From Candidatus Latescibacterota bacterium (lineage in GTDB: Bacteria; Latescibacterota; UBA2968; GCA-2709665): 11,561 nucleotides of DNA. The notes under the pieces were generated by a model. It saw only the letters and a program-made list of their open reading frames with translations, had not been told where the DNA came from and ran no database searches. A program made the position numbers and the translations under genes. Below are positions 1 through 6,855 of this stretch, piece after piece; the stretch's first letter is position 1, and each line of letters opens with the position of its first letter. The DNA lies in assembly GCA_963662665.2 (NCBI GenBank), contig CAXXJS010000062.1, positions 1 through 11,561 of the forward strand. Direction: 5' to 3'.

Positions 1-786
1 AGCCGCTCCCCGATGGATCGTGATTCGAGTGGCAACTGCCTCGATCGTTGGGACGCCCGCATTGATGGAGGCTGCCCCAATATGGAGAGTAATGGGAGTC
101 CCGGATGCCTCGATGACCGGGGCCGCAGCATTGATGGACGCGGACGATTGGTGCGTAGCCGCTGGGACTACGGCCTTCCGTCTGCGTACTCGGATATTCG
201 GAGCCCCAGCGGTAATGGAAGCGGACCCAGCATGGACGACCCGGCCCGTTGCAGAGATCGTTGGGACGCCAGCGGTAATGGAAGCGGACCCAGCATGGAC
301 GACCCGGCCCGTTGCAGAGATCGTTGGGACGCCAGCCGTGATGGATGCGGAGCCCTCAACGACTGGGGGGGTGTCCTGAAGCGTGAGTCGGGTGGCAACC
401 TTCTGAGTACCGGACGCCGCATTGTAGGCCCGTTGCCAAGCAGCTACGTCGATCGTGGAGGGAACCGTCCACTGGTAAGGATCGTCCGCATCGCGGTTGT
501 CGATACTCGTATGATCTGGACCTGGAAGTTCGATCCGACTCCCAGCGACCTCCAATATCAGGGCTACGGCAGCCTGTTCCCAAGCAGACGAAAACTCTCC
601 TCCGGTTACATCAATCGTGATTCGATTGGAGCCAAGCGAAAAGTCCCCGATGGTGATCGTATTGATGCGAACCGGAGACGTGCCCGCACGCAGGGCGGCA
701 TCTACCAGAAAATTCTTGGCTGCCCAAGAGATCTGGGTGACCAGAGAGATAGTTGCCGCCCCGATGGTGATCTGTTGCTGGGCCAT
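1..786 (-). CDS. Putative virion/tail-fibre-associated repeat protein, 3'-truncated (at least 262 aa), absent from the ORF track
   Basis: Manual translation from the ATG at 786-784 has no stop to base 1: MAQQQITIGAATISLVTQISWAAKNFLVDAALRAGTSPVRINTITIG...QDTPPVVEGSASITAGVPTISATGRVVHAGSASITAGVPTISATGRVVHAGSASITAGAPNIRVRRRKAVVPAATHQSSASINAAAPVIEASGTPITLHIGAASINAGVPTIEAVATRITIHRGAA. It starts 7 nt after the upstream stop, on the operon strand. The function is inferred from position only. Confidence 0.85.
   Translation of the reverse strand, partial: MAQQQITIGAATISLVTQISWAAKNFLVDAALRAGTSPVRINTITIGDFSLGSNRITIDVTGGEFSSAWEQAAVALILEVAGSRIELPGPDHTSIDNRDADDPYQWTVPSTIDVAAWQRAYNAASGTQKVATRLTLQDTPPVVEGSASITAGVPTISATGRVVHAGSASITAGVPTISATGRVVHAGSASITAGAPNIRVRRRKAVVPAATHQSSASINAAAPVIEASGTPITLHIGAASINAGVPTIEAVATRITIHRGAA
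206..336. repeat. Exact in-frame 63-bp tandem duplication (21-aa unit GSASITAGVPTISATGRVVHA) within a degenerate array spanning about 1-354
   Basis: The unit ccagcggtaatggaagcggacccagcatggacgacccggcccgttgcagagatcgttgggacg starts at 206 and 269, and a diverged third copy starts at 332. The period is a multiple of 3. Confidence 0.97.
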
Positions 787-793
787 AGCCGGA

Positions 794-1306
794 TTAGCCT
801 GTCATGGCCTTGCGTGACACGTGATTCAGGAACTTGTGATCGTCCTCGGAGAGCTGGGAATAGTCCAGGCTGTTCAGCCGGTGCAGCTCGTCATTCGAGA
901 GCTGGGAGTAGTCGAATAATGACACCGATCCTGTGGGGAACATAATGTCCAGCGACCCCGCCGGAATATTCAGCCCGTCGCCGGCAGAGAAGCCAGTCAG
1001 GTTGAGGTTGGTGTTCGAATACCCAAGCCGAGTCCCTCCAGTGGCTGCCGTATAGACCCCCACCCGGACCGGCTCCGTCTGCAAGTTGGCCCAAGTCAGC
1101 GCAGCGTCGTTGTCCCCAGACCCGTCGGTGCCATCCATTTCGGATGCCGCTCGGGCTATCCTAGCGTAGCTCCCTCCGGTCAGCTCGTGAGCGTCTCCAG
1201 ATGTCGGGATAGCATCGTGCAACGAGTAGTGCCTCGACACGGCAGCCTGAGCTGCTCCGACGTATGCTTGGTATGCGATTTGCACTCCTGCCGTTTCAAG
1301 TGGCAT
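794..1306 (-). CDS. Putative phage minor structural protein (170 aa) with a C-terminal repeat extension
   Basis: Strong SD (AGGAGG) 8 nt upstream of the ATG. The motif string SLH..P...E.TGGSYAR...GVYTAATGGT.L...GD...IPAGSL.I resembles a widespread family of small phage proteins found near tail genes (recalled as mycobacteriophage Gp80-like; needs an HMM check). Confidence 0.8.
   Translation of the reverse strand: MPLETAGVQIAYQAYVGAAQAAVSRHYSLHDAIPTSGDAHELTGGSYARIARAASEMDGTDGSGDNDAALTWANLQTEPVRVGVYTAATGGTRLGYSNTNLNLTGFSAGDGLNIPAGSLDIMFPTGSVSLFDYSQLSNDELHRLNSLDYSQLSEDDHKFLNHVSRKAMTG
849..913. repeat. 48-bp-period imperfect duplication encoding DYSQLS twice
   Basis: gagagctgggaatagtc (849-865) versus gagagctgggagtagtc (897-913), 16/17 identical. 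Protein: LFDYSQLSNDELHRLN / SLDYSQLSEDDHKFLN. Confidence 0.85.
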
Positions 1307-1314
1307 TTCAAAAT

Positions 1315-1320
1315 CCTCCT
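1315..1320 (-). promoter_or_regulatory. Shine-Dalgarno site AGGAGG for the 170-aa gene, overlapping the stop codon of the J-like gene
   Basis: The minus strand reads TCG TAG GAGG ATTTTGAA ATG. Confidence 0.85.
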
Positions 1321-4300
1321 ACGAAATGGGCACCCGGAATGGGTCACCCTTGACAGTGATTGTATTTTCGGTATTGGAAGCGATTTCGTAAGGCAGAGGG
1401 AGCCGAACGATTCCCTTGGACGTATCGATCGACTTGTACAGGTACAGAACCCGCCCGCGCCATTGATTCGGAGTCCATGTTGCGCCCGCGACTGTGAAGG
1501 TCCGCCCACCGACTTCAACCTGTCCCATCCCGGTCTCAGCAAAGGCTCGGATTTGGGTCGTGAACTTGGTGTCGACCGGGAGAGGATCGATGTCGTCAGA
1601 AAAGACTTGGACCGCATACCACCACCCCGACTCGAATCCCTGCTCGGGGCGGCGGATCGTCAGTGCAATATTGGGGTCCGAATGCTTGATGCGCCGCGCT
1701 GTCAGTATCGGTTTTGAAGCGACGCTGGCCGATGTTTCGTCCGATGTGGTAGTCGGTACGGGATTGGACCATCCTGAGTATTCAGGGTCCGACAATGGTG
1801 AATGTGATCGGGCAATGAACCAGTACACCCCAAAATCGTCAACGATAGCCGTTTTCAAATCGACCACACTGGTCTCAATTTCCTGCGTCGGAGAAGCAAA
1901 TCCAGAAGTCCCTACTTCCGGGGCTTCATTCGTTGGTCCGGCGACTTGGACCTCTACGAAGTCAATGACGGATCGGGCGACGTTATCCGGTGGAGTGACG
2001 CCAAAGCCAAGCAGCCACTTCTGACCGACACGTCCTCGAGCGAAAGCCCGCACAAGTGGAGTTGTGGGTGTTCGAGTGTCAGGACCACCCGTCGTCGCGG
2101 GAACTTCAACAACCGCTCCCAATGCCGTCACTCGAATCACATCTGCTACAACGGATCGGGTCAACCGCAAGCGAAATTGACACCCACGGGCAATGACCTG
2201 CTCGGTTTCCAGCGGACGCCAAGAAGTCCACGAAGCGGATGCGGTGGCGGGATCATCCTCCGTGGTTCTGAATTCTACGACCGCTTCGGTATTCGGGGTG
2301 CCGGAGATTGAAATCACCGACTTGACTCGGAGCGGCTTGGTTTCCTCCAGCGCGACTTGGTTGGCAAACTCGTAGGTTCCTGCTTTGGACCCCGTAGTCA
2401 GGATCAACGCCCCGCCGGAAACTCGGACGCTTGTCTTCCGACCGGTGAAGCCGGGGTGCTCATTGATCGTTTGAACGTTGGTGTAAGTGAGGATTCGAGC
2501 CTCGCTGATCGTTACCGACCGGACATCGCTGGCACGTCCAAATGAATCGAAGACCCGGGCAAGATAGGCCCCGCCTTTGAGCGGCAAGATGATGTAGGAC
2601 TCTCGGCTAACCGGAGTCCCGATGGAAACGGCGTTGTCCCAGCTTGGATTTGCGGTCGATTCCGAATGGCGAAACCGGACTTGCCCTCCAATCCGGATAT
2701 CGGCGGCTGCAATTGGCGACCATCGAATCAGAACCAAGTTGTCTCCCCATTCGTGGATCGTCATCCCTTCCAGCGCCGGCGGCGTTGCGGATCGACCGAT
2801 CACGACATGGTTCAGAACTTCGGTCCATGGACCCGGGATCAACACGCCCTGTGAGCGCCACCGAAGCCGGAGGTCATAGCCACGGCTTTCCTCCACGTCC
2901 GCGATAGTCACAGACTCGGGAGTCTGGCCGGAGATTTCGGCGTCGGTCCAGGACTCGGATGTCCCGTTTGATCGGATCTGGCACTCGATCAGAGTATCGG
3001 GATCGCCGGATGGCTCAACTTCGACCGAGATCCGTGGTGCGAACACTCCCGATTCCAAAACGGCAACGCTGAGATCGGAAATGACCCTGACAACAACCAA
3101 GGGCCGTCGGCCCGGCAGCGGAGTGAGACCCGAATCATATGGCGGGATCGGCTCGGTGTCGGCGTTGTAGACCCCGGGGGAAGACCAAGGCATCACCGAA
3201 ATACTGGCCGAGAATTCATCCCGGCTCTCAATTCCGACTACCAGACCATCAATCGTTTCGCGTTCGAATTCTCCGAACGAAACGAGATCCCCAACGGAAA
3301 GAACATTCGCATGGAGGATTCGATTCGTGAGCGTCAGGATCGAACTGTCTCCGGCAACGGTTTGAACGCGCTCCCTCCGGGCAACATTGTCGATCGTCCG
3401 AACCACCAGCCCGTAGTTTTTGGCAGCGTCCATCGAAACCCGGGTGTCCAGTTCGACCCCTGTCGTGTACGTGACATCAACGCCCATTACGTTTTCGGTG
3501 GCAGTGATGATTCTCTTGATTCTGCCGGCGGCCAGACCGACCAACAAAACGTCATTCGACAGGACGATTCGAGAGCCACGGGGAGCGAGCAGGTACTCGA
3601 AATCAACTTCGAAGGTCCAAATCTCCGGCCGCAGGATCAGTTGGGCCAAATGGAAGCGGCCAAATTTGTGGATGTGCTCAGGGTCAGTGATCCCGGGCGC
3701 GTCGATCGATGCGTACAGATTGGCGTTGTCTTCATCGAAATTGTCTTGGTAGACGGACCGTTCGTCGCGTCTCCAGTTCATTTCGCGGTTGTTGAAGTTG
3801 ATCCGAAGAGCTTCCGGCACCGGATCGAACGCCTTCTGGCAAGTGATGTTCCGGCTGTTAGCTGACGAAAAGTGCTGGACCGGAAGCTGCTCTCCATCAT
3901 CGACCACGACCGACCATTTGCCATTGGCGAACGATGGGGATGCCCGACCGGCCGCGCAAATGTCCCGCAGCGCGTCGTAGACAGAAGCCGAGAAATCGCG
4001 GATGGCGTTGTACTCGAAGCTGTTTTCCCGGCAGAAATCGTGGAATCTCTGCAGACCTTCCAAATCGATCTGATCATCGGGGAATGGGTGTGCCCGGCCT
4101 GGACCCTGCAACACGTATCGAAACATCGAAGCTGGATTCGACGTTGCCCGATCGACCCAATTGGTTCCGTCCCAATCAGGGATAATGGATGAGCAGATTG
4201 CATTGAGTTGGTCCACCGATCCATGGAGTTGGTCGCTCGCCCGTATGACCAGGGCGGTTCGCGCAAGCGGCTTCCGGAACGCGATCGGGTCCCGATCCGT

Positions 4301-5623
4301 GATGGTGCGGAGCGCCGACCAGTAGACTTCATCGAAAATTCTGTCGGATGTGCTGTCAGCGGTGACGCGGCGCAACCGGACTTCATACTGCCCTTGGGTG
4401 TCCACTCCCCAGCGGAATCCGTGTCGGATTGGAGAGTGCTTATTTTCGGTCAGGGTGAGGACGCCGATCGGCTTCGTGTTCCCGACTGCGGGTGCGGTGT
4501 AGAACTCATCATCGAACGTCCCAAACGCGCCGAACATTTCTCGAGGAGTCTCGGGCTGGGGCTGCTGTTGATCTTGAGCCGGTGGACTCACTCGGGATGC
4601 CGAACCGACCGGTGGGGCCAGCCATGCGGCGGATCCGACCTGCCGATAAGACACCTGAATGGCGACCGTTGCATTTCCCCGGTGGCCCATTTCGTCCACT
4701 TGGGTCAACCCACGGGGAAGCGTTAGATCCACCGAAATTTCATCGGCATTCGGGTTCGTGGTCCTGCTCACCCATCCATCGGATTCCTGGAGCAGGATCG
4801 ACAGAGAATCCTCGTGAATGTCATCCGTGTAAAGCGTGAGTGCCGGCTCCCCCGCCTTTCCCATCCGGTGTTCGATCTGCATGTCGCCGTCACGGACGTT
4901 GAATTCAGCAATCGGGGTTTCCCCGATCTTGATTTCAGAAAGTTCGATCGGTCCGTACCCCCAGACCAAAAGCATTCTCAGAAAATGCTCATTCCCGATG
5001 ATCTCGGTGTAGACTTCCGCCCCCAATGGCGGAACCTGTCGATGCTTTCCGAGCACCAATGGAATCGGAGCGAATGGCCGCGCCGTGTTCCTGGCCGAGT
5101 CCAGGAAATACGATGGGCTTTCCTGTTCTGGATCGCGGCCCGCCGGCGGTCGAATCGGAGCGATTGCGTTCACCAGGAGTGTTCCGCCGATCGCGATGAT
5201 GGCGGTGCCGACTGCCAGCCCGACCTTGCCGACACCGAGACCAATGGCGGCTCCCAAGGGGCCTCCAAAAACCGTCCCAGCGATCAGCACTCCGATCGAG
5301 AGCACGGTGCGGAGAACCGACTTGCCGCCATCACCCCTTCCGGGAGTGCATCGGATGAGCACGGCATCTCCCTGACGGGGCATGACATGTTCCCAGCGGT
5401 CACGGACCACCATTTCACCGTTGAGGTAAATCGTGGAAATTTCCCGCAGAACACCTTCGGGTTGCGACTCTCTCAGAATCTCTCGCAGGGTCATTCCCTG
5501 CGGCATGATCCTGAGCTTGTTGTCCAGTCGGAACGGATGGGGAGCGATCAGGGTGTAAACGCCTGTTTCCGGCGCGTCAGTCGCCCTGTGGCGCGTTTCT
5601 GGGTGGCGTGAGTGGTCTAGCAT
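1319..5623 (-). CDS. Tail tip / host-specificity protein (lambda gpJ-like hub) with fused N-terminal gpI-like region and C-terminal FN3-like domains, 1434 aa
   Basis: N-terminal beta-grasp-like segment (GMTLREIL...IYLNGEMV...PRQGDAVLI..PGRGDGG) followed by a Gly-rich hydrophobic stretch. J-type motifs: NTARPFAPIPLVLGKHR, LVWGYGP, IKIGETPI, GQYEVRLRRVT, IRASDQLHG..DQLN, TSNPA. FN3-like segment VTIADVEESRGYDLRLRWRS...GPW. Lies directly after NlpC/P60. Confidence 0.92.
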   Translation of the reverse strand: MLDHSRHPETRHRATDAPETGVYTLIAPHPFRLDNKLRIMPQGMTLREILRESQPEGVLREISTIYLNGEMVVRDRWEHVMPRQGDAVLIRCTPGRGDGGKSVLRTVLSIGVLIAGTVFGGPLGAAIGLGVGKVGLAVGTAIIAIGGTLLVNAIAPIRPPAGRDPEQESPSYFLDSARNTARPFAPIPLVLGKHRQVPPLGAEVYTEIIGNEHFLRMLLVWGYGPIELSEIKIGETPIAEFNVRDGDMQIEHRMGKAGEPALTLYTDDIHEDSLSILLQESDGWVSRTTNPNADEISVDLTLPRGLTQVDEMGHRGNATVAIQVSYRQVGSAAWLAPPVGSASRVSPPAQDQQQPQPETPREMFGAFGTFDDEFYTAPAVGNTKPIGVLTLTENKHSPIRHGFRWGVDTQGQYEVRLRRVTADSTSDRIFDEVYWSALRTITDRDPIAFRKPLARTALVIRASDQLHGSVDQLNAICSSIIPDWDGTNWVDRATSNPASMFRYVLQGPGRAHPFPDDQIDLEGLQRFHDFCRENSFEYNAIRDFSASVYDALRDICAAGRASPSFANGKWSVVVDDGEQLPVQHFSSANSRNITCQKAFDPVPEALRINFNNREMNWRRDERSVYQDNFDEDNANLYASIDAPGITDPEHIHKFGRFHLAQLILRPEIWTFEVDFEYLLAPRGSRIVLSNDVLLVGLAAGRIKRIITATENVMGVDVTYTTGVELDTRVSMDAAKNYGLVVRTIDNVARRERVQTVAGDSSILTLTNRILHANVLSVGDLVSFGEFERETIDGLVVGIESRDEFSASISVMPWSSPGVYNADTEPIPPYDSGLTPLPGRRPLVVVRVISDLSVAVLESGVFAPRISVEVEPSGDPDTLIECQIRSNGTSESWTDAEISGQTPESVTIADVEESRGYDLRLRWRSQGVLIPGPWTEVLNHVVIGRSATPPALEGMTIHEWGDNLVLIRWSPIAAADIRIGGQVRFRHSESTANPSWDNAVSIGTPVSRESYIILPLKGGAYLARVFDSFGRASDVRSVTISEARILTYTNVQTINEHPGFTGRKTSVRVSGGALILTTGSKAGTYEFANQVALEETKPLRVKSVISISGTPNTEAVVEFRTTEDDPATASASWTSWRPLETEQVIARGCQFRLRLTRSVVADVIRVTALGAVVEVPATTGGPDTRTPTTPLVRAFARGRVGQKWLLGFGVTPPDNVARSVIDFVEVQVAGPTNEAPEVGTSGFASPTQEIETSVVDLKTAIVDDFGVYWFIARSHSPLSDPEYSGWSNPVPTTTSDETSASVASKPILTARRIKHSDPNIALTIRRPEQGFESGWWYAVQVFSDDIDPLPVDTKFTTQIRAFAETGMGQVEVGGRTFTVAGATWTPNQWRGRVLYLYKSIDTSKGIVRLPLPYEIASNTENTITVKGDPFRVPIS

Positions 5624-5634
5624 GGGCTGCCGGA

Positions 5635-6027
5635 TTAGGCTCTGTAAAATCCGTAGATTCGAAACCGGTGCATCGGCTCGATTACAGTCCCGATCTTCTG
5701 TTCAGTGTGAAGAATCTGGGATCCTTCCTGTACCACGACCCCGCAGTGAATTGGAAGGCCTCGACGCATGATCACGGCGACATCTCCATCGCTCGGGTTG
5801 TCTTGCCTCTGCCATCGGGGTTTGTTCAGTTCGCGGCGGAAAAGCCGTTGCATGTGCCGGAGATTGTCGATGTCATCGTATTTCGAAGCCAAGGATGGGC
5901 AGACCATTCCCCTGACTTCCCAAAAGTATCGCCAGACCAGACCGTAGCAGTCCCATCCATCGAATTTTCGACCCATGGGAACGAAGGGAACAGTGATGGC
6001 TTTCTCGATGAAGTCTCGGAATTTCAT
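5635..6027 (-). CDS. NlpC/P60 family tail assembly protein (equivalent to the C-terminal domain of lambda gpK), 130 aa
   Basis: Catalytic motifs GR...GWDCYGLV (Cys), GDV, HCGVV (His) and ILH. Canonical position before the tip gene. TGATG overlap with the upstream gene. Confidence 0.92.
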   Translation of the reverse strand: MKFRDFIEKAITVPFVPMGRKFDGWDCYGLVWRYFWEVRGMVCPSLASKYDDIDNLRHMQRLFRRELNKPRWQRQDNPSDGDVAVIMRRGLPIHCGVVVQEGSQILHTEQKIGTVIEPMHRFRIYGFYRA

Positions 6028-6491
6028 CAGAACAATCCAGGGAAATTCGCCGGCGTGAACAGGCCCTCGGGGAAAGGTTCGACCGCGATGTTTTCCAAGG
6101 TGAGTTGGCCTTGGACCGATATCGCATCCCAGCCCACGTTTTTCAACTGAAAGCCCGGGAGCCGGAATTCCACCGTATCGGGATCTTCCGCACTTACCAC
6201 CTCGATGGTGACACTCGGGGAACTTCGGATGGACCGGAGAGTTTCAGCGATCTCTCGGCTGATGTTGGAAATCGTGAGTCGAGCCGTCGGCGACTGATCT
6301 TCCTGATCGTTTGGAAGCTCGATGTCAAATGGAAAGGCAACGAACGTTTGGCCATTGGAAACGACATTCTCCGTATTGCGGGCGACCCGGATCGGCTCAT
6401 CCAAATCGGTATGCGTCAGCGTCAGCAGGATCAGCCAAATGTCATCCGTTTCCTGAGCGAACGCGGATGAACGGAACTCGTTGCTCGGCAT
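6027..6491 (-). CDS. DUF1833-like tail tip protein (positional equivalent of lambda gpL), 154 aa
   Basis: Motifs LLTLTH.DL.EPIRV, FVAFPFDIELP, LTISNISREI, and C-terminal EPFP...FTPANFPGLF. TAATG overlap with the upstream gene. Confidence 0.88.
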   Translation of the reverse strand: MPSNEFRSSAFAQETDDIWLILLTLTHTDLDEPIRVARNTENVVSNGQTFVAFPFDIELPNDQEDQSPTARLTISNISREIAETLRSIRSSPSVTIEVVSAEDPDTVEFRLPGFQLKNVGWDAISVQGQLTLENIAVEPFPEGLFTPANFPGLF

Positions 6492-6853
6492 TACGGCTGG
6501 ATTCCCAGTCTGAGTTGCACATCGAAGTGGATCCCGCCGATGTTGCGCCAGCGGGGGGGGGAACGGAATGCAACCCGAAGCGTTGCCGGTGGATCGGTCG
6601 CTGAGAGCGGGTCCGGGAAGTCGAAGGCGAGCGCTCCGGACTTGATGTCATCCCGATAGAAAGTTTTCAAAATCTCGATCTGGTCGATCGTGATCCGAAC
6701 GTAGCAGTTCAGCGGATCCACAACGGATGTGAATCGGCGTCTCCGCTTTTCCGCACCGGAATCGGCTGGCGACCGGATCACATTATCGCCAAAACCCTGT
6801 GAATATCCGCGCTGCAAGACCTGTTGAGGAAGTGTGGAAGGCCACGTAGGCAT
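6491..6853 (-). CDS. Distal tail protein-like minor tail protein (gpM/Dit position), 120 aa
   Basis: MPTWPSTLP, VIRS..DSG..KRRRRFT, FY.....GAL.FDFPDP motifs. Starts 2 nt after the tape measure stop. Confidence 0.82.
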   Translation of the reverse strand: MPTWPSTLPQQVLQRGYSQGFGDNVIRSPADSGAEKRRRRFTSVVDPLNCYVRITIDQIEILKTFYRDDIKSGALAFDFPDPLSATDPPATLRVAFRSPPRWRNIGGIHFDVQLRLGIQP

Positions 6854-6855
6854 GA

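Noticed and set aside
206-336. Possible CRISPR array
   Set aside because: The copies are directly adjacent with no unique spacers, the period is 63 bp in frame within a CDS, and no cas genes are present.
13-945. 310-aa plus-strand ORF and the 119-aa ORF 20..379
   Set aside because: Both are antisense to the minus-strand genes 1..786 and 794..1306. Their repeats only mirror the 63-bp duplication, and they show no recognisable motifs.
1-5623. Diversity-generating retroelement target or invertible tail-fibre shufflon
   Set aside because: No reverse transcriptase, invertase, adenine-mismatched TR/VR pair or inverted crossover sites were seen in this window.
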